Shown here: positions 28,137 to 37,470 of the stretch, piece by piece | How positions within the stretch are numbered: the first letter of the stretch is position 1 | Layout of the letters: each line of letters opens with the position of its first letter | The notes under the pieces: generated by a model | What the model was told of the DNA's origin: nothing | The model's database searches: none | The model's input: the letters and a program-made list of their open reading frames with translations, nothing else | Assembly: GCA_050011535.1 (NCBI GenBank) | Contig: JBEKIX010000003.1 | Span: forward strand, 37,976-101,975 | Length of the DNA stretch: 64,000 nt | From: Acidobacteriota bacterium | Lineage (GTDB): Bacteria > Acidobacteriota > UBA6911 | Direction: 5' to 3' | Made by a program: the position numbers and the translations under genes

Positions 28137-31100
28137 TTATATTCCCCCACCACAGTTCCGTCCAAACATCTGCTTGTTGAACCACGAACTGCCGCCACCT
28201 TGGTAGGGAGTCCCATCTGCAGCGGAAGTAGCGGGCATGAGGTGATCATCATCTATTCGGGCGTTGTTCCCGCTCATGAGCAAGTGAAAGCCCTCATGAA
28301 GTAACGTTGAGATGTAATCATTGCCGACGGATTCAGTGGGGTCAGAGGCGATGTTGATGGTATTCCCGTTTGTCTGCGCATTTGCTCCGAGCGCTGCTAC
28401 AGTAGTGGGAATCTTGGTAGCAGCCATGACGTTGTCGATCAAACTTTGAACCGTGAAATTGGCAGCGAGTAAGCCCTTATTATTCAACTGATTGATGACC
28501 TTCACCAGAAAGTCGTAGCAATCGCCTTTCCTCTCCGCAATACCGGTTCGCGAACTTAGGTCGGATTGGAGTAGGGCTTTGTTTGCGAGAAGTGCCTGCA
28601 AGCTTTGGGAAGCAGCGGGTTCGCCGCCGTCGTCTCCGCTATCAATCCCGCCTCCGCGGATCGGCGCGTGAATCAAGTTCTCAAGCATCATTCCCGACAA
28701 GTCTGCAATGACTGAGCCCACGTCGAAGCTTGTGTTGAAGAGATCCGGCTCCCAATAAGGCGCCCAGGTAGTTGGACCATGTATCGTAAAGGGTTCTCTG
28801 CCATCCGGATCAACGAGATTCACCGGGTCGTTTCTGACGTAGGTGTATTTGTTCAGCGAAGGGGGATCGTAGATCCGTGATGTCACCGAATCGGCCGAGA
28901 TCCATCGCATGGAACTGATTCCTATCGTCCTACTGTCATAGTACCTGGCGCCGTAGTAGTCCAGGTCCCCGCTTCGCTCCTTGCCCTGGAACATCAGCCG
29001 TGTGGGCGAGGAATTGCCGGTATGGCCGAATGGCTCGTACACGTACTCCCCTGACCACGTCGTCCAGTTGCCTTGGGATTGCCAGTTGTAAACCGACAGC
29101 GACACCGTCACAACCCAGCGCGTCGATCCGAGATGGTCCTTGAACAAAAATAGGACACTATCGTCCTGTTGATGGATCGCCACGACCTGGCCGTTGAAGT
29201 AAATGTAGTTGTTCGATGCTGATTCCGTGATCCGATCCTCCGTAAGCAGCTGGCCCGTGTACGAATACACATAGTTTACCACGTTTCCGTCGTTGGTGCG
29301 GAACCGCCGACCGTTGCCGTCGTACACGTAGCTCGCGCCCTGCGAGGTCAGGATGAGCCGGTTCTCGGCGTCGAAGGTCCCCATCGTCGTCATGTTCCCG
29401 GCCGCGTCGTACGCGAAGCTCTCGTTGCCCCCATACCAGGTTCTGCTCGTCAGCCGGTTGGTCGAGGCGGCCACCGTAAACGTGTCTATCCCCACCGACG
29501 CAACGTTGTTGTAGAGGTCGTACCCGAACGGTATCTTCGAACTGTCGTCGTCCCGGTCACGCGACTGCCAGTAGCCGGTCAGACGGTGCCACAGATCGTA
29601 CTCGTAGTGCTGGCTTTGGTTCAAGTTAACCCAATCCGTGATGTCTTGAATCAGCGGCCCCTCAAATGGCACGTAATTGTAATCGAAATTCAGCTCAAAG
29701 GATTCCATGTGCGTCAGGTACCCCGAGTCCGGTGCGTACGTGTAGAGCGTCTGGACCCTCTGCCCTCCATAGTAGAGGATCGGGTACTGTACTTGCGTCA
29801 GCTGCCCGGCCGGACCGCCGTAGGTAGCGGAGTAAATGTAATCGAAGGGCTGGTTGTTGTACGTTGACGACACCTTCGTCTGCCGTCCGTTGTCATCCAG
29901 CGTATAGGTAACGATCTTGCCGTTGGGATATGTGAGAGTGGTGAGCTGCCCCGCTAAGTTGTAAGCGTAGTTGGTAATATAGGTTCGAGGTGTGCCATCG
30001 TTAATGACAGTGGCCTCTTCGGTGATCGAGGAGCAGCTGCAGTAGGCGTAGTAGCTGCTCACCGTGATCCCCGAAACCGTTCTTGTCACGCCCGTCAGGC
30101 GTCCCACGGGATTGACCGTGGCGATCGGGCTCCCCGAAGGCTGCGTGTCGTAATAGTAGGTGACCGAAGGCGTGCCGTCGCTGTAACTTTTCTGCGTCAC
30201 CCTGTTCAGCTCGTCGTAGCTAATCGTCGTCAGGATCCCGCGCGCGTTCGTCTTGCTGACCATGTTCGAGTTCGCGTCGTAGCTGTAGCTCGTCGTGCCG
30301 CTCTCTGGGTGCGTCTCCGTAAGGAGCCGGCCGAGGTTATCGTAGGTAAACGACCTCGTCTGAATTCCCTGGCTTATGGCGGTCAGCCTGCCCATGGCGT
30401 CGTAGGAGTAGTACGTGTTGACATTGAGCTCGGCGGTGCTCGGATTCTGCACGGTCACCGCCCACACTTTGTGATCTTCTTGATACCAATAGTCACGAAC
30501 GCCGCCGCTGGACGAATTCACCATTGTCACGCCGGGATAATTTGTGTACGACACCGTGGTCCCATCGGCGTAGGTTGCGTATTCATACGACGGAGACTGG
30601 CCGTGATAGTTGGTTTGATAGATAGTCTGAGATCCCGAACGATACGGCGCCGAGATCTGTGAGACCGCGCCGCGCGCGTCGTAGTGCAGATCCTGTTGAA
30701 TGTTGCCGCTAGAGGAATCCGTCAGCGTTTGCGTCGACAGCCGGCCCATTTCGTCGAGGTCTGATCGCTCCTCGGTATAGGTATTGGCCGTCAGGTATTG
30801 CCTCACTGTGGCGTAGGGAGGGTGTCCGTAATACGGATCCTGGACGTAAGTGATGGTCTTATGGGCGCCGCTTGTCTTGCTGATATCCGTCGGGCGGTCG
30901 AGGCTGTCATAGGTTGTGGTCGTGACCATGCTGTTCGGGTCTGTTTGGGTGAGGACGGCGCCGCTTTTGTAGCTGTATGTAGCGCTGCTGACGTGTCCCT
31001 TGGCATTGGTCATCCGCAAAGGGAAGGCATAGGCGTTGTCAGCCGAGGTTAGCCAGTAGTCCGTGTAGGTCGTGTAGGACCGGGGATCGGTCACCTGCCG

Positions 31101-33377
31101 GGGATTTCCAAACTCGTCGTATCGGGTCGAGGCTACGACGGACAAGTTCTGGGCGATGTTGTACCATCGGCTGACGCTCGTCGGCAATCCTCTTGTCAGA
31201 TAGCTCGTGCCAAAGGAAGTATCGTGCCGGGTTGCGTTGGCGCTCGACGAAACCAGAGTGGTGGAATCGTAGGCCGTGCTCGTTTTTGATATCAGGTTGC
31301 TGGAGCCGTCGTAGATCAGCGTGTCGGTGACCCGATCCAGGATGTTCAGCGACACGTAGGAACCGCTGGATTCGTGAGCGTAATTGAGATCGGTCCTGCG
31401 GCGCAACGTGCCGCTGTACGAATACTCCCTGATCTCCTTTAGGTTCCCGCTGTAGTCACTGCTCGAAGCGTAGGTGAACTCTTTGCGCACAACGGTCTGC
31501 GATTGCGGATTCTGCGCGTCTGTGTTCACCTGCTTAATCCAACTCACCCTGGGGTTTTCGATGGTCGAGAGTTGGGTGTCGTCCTGGGTCCAGTCCTGCT
31601 GCGATTCGGGAGTGAACCCCGGCCAGGGGGAATCCGCATATTTTGTGTCGATAACAAAGCCATCGGCCCAGGCCGAGCCGGACTTGCCCATCAGATAGGA
31701 ATAGTATGTCTGCTGTGATCCCTGAATCGTCACCGTGGTGGTGCTTGCGGCTGCGGCCCCGTTGGGGTTGCCGTACCAGGTCCAGGTCGGCGTGTAATCC
31801 CCACGGTCGTGGGACGACACATAATGGTCAGGGACCGTTTGATTCAGCAAACGCTCAAGAACCGTTAAGGTTTGATAAAAATAGCGACTGGTCGCGAATG
31901 TCGGGTACGTTATCTGGCTTACCTCTCCACTGCCGCCATACGTGAACGTATATCTTAGGCCAGTGATGTATGTCACTTGTGTCAAGAGCTCCTGCGTCGG
32001 GATGGATGCTGTCGCGGCGCCGGAACCAAAACTGATCGATTGGCCCTGGTACTCAAGACTGATCGTACTCGTCGCCTGGGTCGTGTCATTGGTGTTGAAG
32101 TATGAAATATACGCTAGCCGCCCCTGTGAGTTCAGCAGGAACGTGTAGGTGTTCCCGAGCGTGTCCTGGATCGTGTTGATTCGTCCGCCATTGTCGGCGT
32201 AGGTGATGTCAAGGTAGTTGCCGTTTGCGTCTTGAACCCGCGTCGCATAGCGGATGTTGGTGTGGATGGTGTCTTGATAGCCGAAGCTCAAGTTCGTGCC
32301 ACCCTTCAAGGTAAGTTTGTGGGCGACGGGATCGTAAATCATGTAGGTCGAATCCATCGAACGCCAAGCCCCTCCGTAATAGGTCAGTTCATGATTGGAT
32401 CCGTCCGATAGAGTGATGTAATAGCGGCCGTTGGCCGAGTCGTCGATCACCCTTCCGACCAGAAGCGTCCATCCTGTCCCGACCCAGGAACTGTCTTCAA
32501 CCAATGTGGCGTATATCGTCGCGTTATACGTGTAGAAATCCCAGATCTTGGAATTGTAGGCGAGCTTCAGATCGATGCCGAGCCCTGCGCGTCCAGGTCG
32601 GCTCACGAGCGGCACGGTAAAGAAGAGGTTACCGTTGGCCACATTGACGGTTTCGTTGTCTGCCTTGGTATACGGGAAGAATGGAGGCGTGCCCTTCTCG
32701 TGCCGTACTGAGTAGCGGTGACCGTTCATGGATAGCGGCATGTCAATCCCAACCGTTGTGCTCGCTTGAGCCGAATAACCGGAATTATATGCAATCAGCG
32801 TGTACGTGGTCGTCGTGCTCGGGCTCACAACCATGCTGCCGGAAACGGACACAGCCGTGCCATTGATGGTCGCGCTGGAGGCGTTCGATGTGGACCAGTA
32901 CAGAGTCGTTGAACCTGGCAAGGCATAATGGCTGGGACTCGAGTAGAAATAATTAATGGAGGGTCCGGAGATGTTTAGGGTTGCCGACGTGGTTCCGGCC
33001 GCAAAGGAGCAATCACCATCCCAACCGAGATAGTGTGTCGCCTGAAGACTCCAGGTTCCAAAGGCCATCGATTGGTATCTGTCTACACCGGTATATCCGC
33101 CGCCCGACCAGCAGCCTGAGTTGAGATTGATGGGATTACCGACCGGAGGTGTGAGCGCAGCACTGACTGCCGCACTGTCGTATTCTGCGTCCCCAGGCAT
33201 GTTTGTCCAAGATTGGGCATAGACCACTGAGGACCAAAGGAGCTGCAGGCTCGATCCAAAATCATAGGTGTCCTGATAGTAATATTCATCGGGGTAGCTT
33301 GCCTTTAACATAAACGATAGCAAGCAAAACAAGCATAAGACAGCACCCCAAATGAGCTTCGCTGATTTCGTCTCCAT
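28137..33377 (-). CDS. Rhs/YD-repeat polymorphic toxin with Sec-type signal and C-terminal HExxH metallopeptidase-like domain
   Basis: About 1746 aa from the ATG at 33377 (GAGGCGGA upstream; alternatives at 33395 and 33410). Signal-like METKSAKLIWGAVLCLFCLLSFML. Dozens of YD repeats (YDANGNY.., YDELNRV.., YDNLGRL.., YDAMGRL..). Core end ARYYDSRT..YVRNDPVNLVDPDGRE at ~28794-28850. The 218-aa C-terminal domain has HEGFH at 28284-28298. Confidence 0.9.
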   Translation of the reverse strand: METKSAKLIWGAVLCLFCLLSFMLKASYPDEYYYQDTYDFGSSLQLLWSSVVYAQSWTNMPGDAEYDSAAVSAALTPPVGNPINLNSGCWSGGGYTGVDRYQSMAFGTWSLQATHYLGWDGDCSFAAGTTSATLNISGPSINYFYSSPSHYALPGSTTLYWSTSNASSATINGTAVSVSGSMVVSPSTTTTYTLIAYNSGYSAQASTTVGIDMPLSMNGHRYSVRHEKGTPPFFPYTKADNETVNVANGNLFFTVPLVSRPGRAGLGIDLKLAYNSKIWDFYTYNATIYATLVEDSSWVGTGWTLLVGRVIDDSANGRYYITLSDGSNHELTYYGGAWRSMDSTYMIYDPVAHKLTLKGGTNLSFGYQDTIHTNIRYATRVQDANGNYLDITYADNGGRINTIQDTLGNTYTFLLNSQGRLAYISYFNTNDTTQATSTISLEYQGQSISFGSGAATASIPTQELLTQVTYITGLRYTFTYGGSGEVSQITYPTFATSRYFYQTLTVLERLLNQTVPDHYVSSHDRGDYTPTWTWYGNPNGAAAASTTTVTIQGSQQTYYSYLMGKSGSAWADGFVIDTKYADSPWPGFTPESQQDWTQDDTQLSTIENPRVSWIKQVNTDAQNPQSQTVVRKEFTYASSSDYSGNLKEIREYSYSGTLRRRTDLNYAHESSGSYVSLNILDRVTDTLIYDGSSNLISKTSTAYDSTTLVSSSANATRHDTSFGTSYLTRGLPTSVSRWYNIAQNLSVVASTRYDEFGNPRQVTDPRSYTTYTDYWLTSADNAYAFPLRMTNAKGHVSSATYSYKSGAVLTQTDPNSMVTTTTYDSLDRPTDISKTSGAHKTITYVQDPYYGHPPYATVRQYLTANTYTEERSDLDEMGRLSTQTLTDSSSGNIQQDLHYDARGAVSQISAPYRSGSQTIYQTNYHGQSPSYEYATYADGTTVSYTNYPGVTMVNSSSGGVRDYWYQEDHKVWAVTVQNPSTAELNVNTYYSYDAMGRLTAISQGIQTRSFTYDNLGRLLTETHPESGTTSYSYDANSNMVSKTNARGILTTISYDELNRVTQKSYSDGTPSVTYYYDTQPSGSPIATVNPVGRLTGVTRTVSGITVSSYYAYCSCSSITEEATVINDGTPRTYITNYAYNLAGQLTTLTYPNGKIVTYTLDDNGRQTKVSSTYNNQPFDYIYSATYGGPAGQLTQVQYPILYYGGQRVQTLYTYAPDSGYLTHMESFELNFDYNYVPFEGPLIQDITDWVNLNQSQHYEYDLWHRLTGYWQSRDRDDDSSKIPFGYDLYNNVASVGIDTFTVAASTNRLTSRTWYGGNESFAYDAAGNMTTMGTFDAENRLILTSQGASYVYDGNGRRFRTNDGNVVNYVYSYTGQLLTEDRITESASNNYIYFNGQVVAIHQQDDSVLFLFKDHLGSTRWVVTVSLSVYNWQSQGNWTTWSGEYVYEPFGHTGNSSPTRLMFQGKERSGDLDYYGARYYDSRTIGISSMRWISADSVTSRIYDPPSLNKYTYVRNDPVNLVDPDGREPFTIHGPTTWAPYWEPDLFNTSFDVGSVIADLSGMMLENLIHAPIRGGGIDSGDDGGEPAASQSLQALLANKALLQSDLSSRTGIAERKGDCYDFLVKVINQLNNKGLLAANFTVQSLIDNVMAATKIPTTVAALGANAQTNGNTINIASDPTESVGNDYISTLLHEGFHLLMSGNNARIDDDHLMPATSAADGTPYQGGGSSWFNKQMFGRNCGGGI

Positions 33378-33479
33378 CGATCCGCCTCTATTCATTTGAA
33401 TCCTCCTCACAAATGCGCATCACGAGTGACTTCTGACCCGCAACTTGCCGCTCAAGACAGCCGAGATGGCCGGCCATTT

Positions 33480-34028
33480 TCACTTGGGTACCGCAATCTT
33501 GCCTACCTTGATAGTGGGCGCGATGTTGATTCGGGCGTAGGACAGAAGCCTATTGAAGGCATCCTCGCCGATGCGGGCGCGCAGCCCGTCGCGAAGCTGG
33601 AGCGTCAGGACTTCCTTATTCATCTGGCTCTGCCGCAATTTTAGGCGAAGCGTATCCTTGGTCTCCGCCTTCGACGCCTTGAGGCTTTGAGCCGCGGCAT
33701 TCTTTGCGGCGTCCATATCGCGGTGGTCCGAAGCGCGCTGGAGCAGCTCGTTCATCTGCGGCATCGTCAGATGCAGCTTATCCACCCAAATCTCTTTGCC
33801 CTGTGTGGCGGACTGGTCCGAAAACATCGAGACCCTTCTGAACAGTTCCCTCCAAAGAATCCAGTCCGGGATGCGCTCGGGCGTCTGCGCTCCATCGATC
33901 GTTATCGTGGTGGACGGTTTCCCTCCTGAGGTCTGCGCGACCACGAAGACGATCGTGCAGAGGAAAAGAAATGCTGCCATCGGCCACACGGCTTTTCTGT
34001 TCTGTGAGTACAGCTGTTTTGGACTCAT
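33480..34028 (-). CDS. Hypothetical signal-anchored protein upstream of the Rhs gene
   Basis: 182-aa ORF. N-terminal hydrophobic helix WPMAAFLFLCTIVFVVAQ. No recognised domain. Same strand as the Rhs gene, about 100 nt upstream. Confidence 0.5.
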   Translation of the reverse strand: MSPKQLYSQNRKAVWPMAAFLFLCTIVFVVAQTSGGKPSTTITIDGAQTPERIPDWILWRELFRRVSMFSDQSATQGKEIWVDKLHLTMPQMNELLQRASDHRDMDAAKNAAAQSLKASKAETKDTLRLKLRQSQMNKEVLTLQLRDGLRARIGEDAFNRLLSYARINIAPTIKVGKIAVPK

Positions 34029-34177
34029 ATGAAGTCTCCCGCATCAGACACAATGTGAAAACGCAAGCTTGGGATCTTGCTCGCACAAGCCATCAGGTTT
34101 GCCGGGATTGCGAAGCGACTCCCTTATGATCCTGTGGCGTGCGTGACGCGGGATTCTTACTATGCGGCTAAGCAGAT

Positions 34178-34225
34178 GTCATTCGTCAGATTCGCCAGAT
34201 TCGCGAGGTTTGTCAGATTCGTCAA
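34178..34225. repeat. 9-nt-period tandem micro-repeat
   Basis: GTCATTCGT CAGATTCGC CAGATTCGC GAGGTTTGT CAGATTCGT CAA, immediately 3' of the stop (34234) of the HTH gene on the minus strand. Confidence 0.75.
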
Positions 34226-34233
34226 ATACTTGT

Positions 34234-34569
34234 TTAGCGCGAATTGCGCGTTTGAGCTCGACTTGCAGGACGGGCTTCGCCTGATGCCCAGGCGCAGACT
34301 TCTGACCGGATGTGCTCGTGCAGCGTTTCCAGATCGACGTGAAGTTTCCTGCCTATGCATAGCGCCCGGATTTCTCCCACATCGATCCACGCCTCGATGG
34401 TCCGACGCGTGACTCCCGCGATCCCGGCCGCGCCGGCAGTATCTATGAATCTCCTGTTGCGTTCATGCGGCGGCAGTGAAAACCACTCGTCGAGCAACTC
34501 GTCGGTTTGATCTTGATAACAGCGGGTACGGACAACTCTTGAGTCATTTGGTTTTTTTGAATTGGTCAT
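34234..34569 (-). CDS. Excisionase/MerR-like helix-turn-helix DNA-binding protein
   Basis: The ATG at 34569 gives 111 aa. IDTAGAAGIAGVTRRTIEAWIDVGEIRALCIGRKLHVDLETL fits the HTH_17/excisionase-type pattern. Confidence 0.6.
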   Translation of the reverse strand: MTNSKKPNDSRVVRTRCYQDQTDELLDEWFSLPPHERNRRFIDTAGAAGIAGVTRRTIEAWIDVGEIRALCIGRKLHVDLETLHEHIRSEVCAWASGEARPASRAQTRNSR

Positions 34570-35083
34570 GGAATTCCCTCCACGAACTGAAGGATCTGCG
34601 GTGAGCGGTTGGGAAACCCGCGACTTTATGCCCAGCGGCTTGCAACTTCTGGCTAGGATTGTCGCAGGCTCCTGCGGTTCTGACCGCTCACGACCCAAAA
34701 GAGGCCACTAACCTCTATGAGAGCTGGGGGATGGCTCTCAGAATGACGCCTTAGAAGACGCTAATGCTAATAACAATTCATAACAAGGTGTGTCAATGAT
34801 TTTCTTGTGATTTTTCTATGATCTTTTGTGGTTTCGTACTATCCGCCGCTTGTCCTGAATCTATATGCATCGTGATCATCAGAAATATCATCTGGCTTTG
34901 CAGCAGAGGCAGTTACTTATGGGATTCTAATCTACGCCCTGCAGAACTGCTTAACTGCAGTGGAAGAGCATTTTAATGCCTGGGCGGCCGCTCTGCCCGA
35001 CCAGGAGCCGCCGTTGATATCGCCTGCATTTTTCATATTCCGGGAGCACGAGCACTCCCACCGTTGCGTTGCCATGTTGCAGT

Positions 35084-35494
35084 GTGACGCTGAAAGGTCG
35101 AAAACCTCTTCCCGAAGCGTATCCTAAGGAAATCAATACATTAGGAGATCACATCCGCAAGAGGAGATTTGACCTGGGACTCCTTCAGAGAGAGGTTGCG
35201 GGGCAAATCGGGGTGGATGAGGCAACCATCTACAATTGGGAAAGGCAACGCAACCAGCCGGAGATATGGTTCATTGCCCCCATCATTGGGTTCCTTGGGT
35301 ACTGTCCTTTCCCGGAGCCAATCGGCCTTCCGGAACGACTGGCATTCTTCCGTAAACGCCAGGGCTTATCTCAAAAAGTGTTCGCAAGAACCCTGGGGAT
35401 CCACCCGGCAACTCTCGGTGGCTGGGAAACTGGCAGGCATCAGCCCGGCAGACGATCGAATGATAGTAATTCGCTTTTTCTAGGAGGAGGATAG
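35084..35494 (+). CDS. XRE-family transcriptional regulator with two HTH modules
   Basis: GTG at 35084 (the ORF-track TTG at 35069 is also possible). LGDHIRKRRFDLGLLQREVAGQIGVDEATIYNWERQRNQP, then a second module RLAFFRKRQGLSQKVFARTLGIHPATLGGWETGRHQP. Confidence 0.65.
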   Translation: MTLKGRKPLPEAYPKEINTLGDHIRKRRFDLGLLQREVAGQIGVDEATIYNWERQRNQPEIWFIAPIIGFLGYCPFPEPIGLPERLAFFRKRQGLSQKVFARTLGIHPATLGGWETGRHQPGRRSNDSNSLFLGGG

Positions 35495-36140
35495 CAGCAC
35501 TTGGGGTGGAAATCACCCGGGGAATTATTCCGGCCAATAGGAAGAGTTGTCGAAAAACTCCGCATCCCGACGGCCCTTTTGGGGTTACAATCCTCGCGGG
35601 AACGTGATTCCGGCTGCATTTCGGGATCGACTTGCCCGGAAGTTGACATAAGCACCCCATAACGGAAGTGGTGAGCGAGGCAAAACACGTGGCTCACGAG
35701 TCAAAATGCAGCTCGTTTTTCCTATTCGTCACTTACTGATTCAACAGTTTTCATTGGATTTAGTTGGTTCTCACCGTATTTCCCCATGCCTGGACGACAC
35801 TAAGAATGAGAGAATTGACGTCTGATTTCCTATGATCTTCAAAGAGGGGATTTCGACAGGAGGGCAAAGGGAATGCAAGACCACTTGGTTCCAACTGTGG
35901 GATTCGGCCAAGCGTCCGCACGGCGCGGAGGTTGCCCATTCTTCTTGCTCACGAAGGCATGAAGCTTGTCTCGGTCTATCTTGATCCGAAGGCGTTTCGT
36001 TGTTACCTCCCTCGCTCCCCACGTCGATAGGCATCGATCCACTCCGCCGGGATTGAGCAAGGATCCCGCTTCCGGTTCGCTGTTGTTCAATCTTGAACAA
36101 GTTTAATTTGTGACAGAAAAACATGGGGGACGGTGGTAAT

Positions 36141-36190
36141 CGCGAAAAAACAAAAAAAAGCTTGACAGGAATTTTAGAGCGCAAATACAG
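36141..36190 (+). promoter_or_regulatory. Promoter-like element (A-tract plus perfect -35)
   Basis: AAAAAACAAAAAAAAG followed by TTGACA (36162-36167). Only weak -10 candidates sit 16-17 nt downstream (AATACA/ATACAG). It points toward the palindrome array. Confidence 0.25.
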
Positions 36191-36754
36191 TGGGGTTGTA
36201 GCTGGTCAGCTGGATCTGATGGTGAATTTCCCGAATTAATAATGATGCGAGCGGGCTGGAGACATCTGAGGTACTCCGTTAGCCTGGTTTTATTTTGAAG
36301 CTTTCCGACAGAGGTTTACCCGAGAGGCACAAAGCCCGAGATTTCCATACGAGAGCCATCCGGTCAGTCAGCAGAGAATAATGCGTTCCTTGTTCCGTGA
36401 ACACGCGGGCCTTGGTCCAGCGCAAGCCTTATAGAAAAATCCTCTAATGGACAACATCTGAGAATGCGTTTGCGGATCAAAGCACATCGTCCCGCTCGAG
36501 CGTCTCCAGCAAACCGTCGAACGGTAGCTCCAAATTGTCCGTAGCGGGTACGATGCGTGCCCTAAATCTTTAGATTCACTGAGTCATATTCTAGCAAGAA
36601 GGAATGGGAAATCTGAAGAAAAAGGGAAAAGCTCTAGTTATCCTTTCTTTGAAGAAACCAGCTGATTGGCGAAGCTCTATCCACCGGTTGCGGTGTGCGC
36701 GAAAGTCCGACCCGTGCCATGGTGCACAGGCTGTCTCGCGGACGGCACGGTCGG

Positions 36755-37470
36755 CGCGACAAAGAGCATCATCTTGGCGACTGAGGGCATCATCTTTGCG
36801 GCGGAGATCATCATCTTGGCGATCGAGAGTACCTTCTTCGCCTACGAAATGATGATTTGCATCACGAATACCATCATGTTTGCGACGGCGATGATCAATT
36901 CAACGATCGACATGATCTTCTTCGCTGCGGAAATGATCATCTCCGTCGTCAGGACCCTGGTCTTCGTGAGATCGACGATCTTGTTCGTTGCTTCGACGAT
37001 CATCTTCGTCGGCGAAATGATCATTTCGATGACTGAAATGATCATTTCAGTCGCAAAGATCATGGTCGAAGACGACATTTAAATATTGAGTGTATTGAGG
37101 TTATATCGGCGCCCGATTTTGACCATGGTATTTGTCACCGAAATGATCATTTCGAAGGCTGAAAAGATCTTTTCGTAGGCGGAAATGATCATTTCAAAAG
37201 CGGAGCTGATCATGTCAAAAGTGGAGATCATCATTTCGGAGCCGGAGATCATCGTCTCGCATTCGGAAATGATCATCTCTGACCTGGGGACCTCAGTCTG
37301 CGGTTCGGAAATGATCATCTCCGGGCCGCGGACCTCGGTCTCGGTCCTGGAAATGTTCATTTCCGTCGTGGAGAAGATGGTATCCGAGGCTGAAAACATC
37401 ATCTCCGCAACGGACACCGTTTTCCTCGAGGCGGACACTGCTTTCTCCGTCTCGGAGAAAACCGTCGGCG
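36755..37470. repeat. 21-bp-phased tandem array (~34 units) of GATC-centred palindromes, consensus core GAAATGATCATTTC
   Basis: Perfect 14-mers at 37014-37027, 37035-37048, 37140-37153 and 37182-37195. The symmetric variant GAAAAGATCTTTTC is at 37161-37174. Hand-placed dyad centres from 36894.5 to 37356.5 are all congruent modulo 21, including across the unique spacer at 37076-37135. Confidence 0.9.

Noticed and set aside
28137-33410. T6SS-delivered Rhs effector
   Set aside because: No PAAR, VgrG, Hcp or Tss genes lie in the 64-kb window, and the protein has a Sec-type N-terminal signal. T6SS linkage cannot be supported from this sequence.
35771-36184. ORFs 35771..36184- and 35839..36090- as genes
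   Set aside because: Implausible composition, mutual overlap, no RBS and no recognisable motifs. They are treated as noise within a degenerate region.
36755-37470. CRISPR array
   Set aside because: The units are contiguous 21-bp repeats with no unique spacers of CRISPR length, and no cas genes are present in the window.
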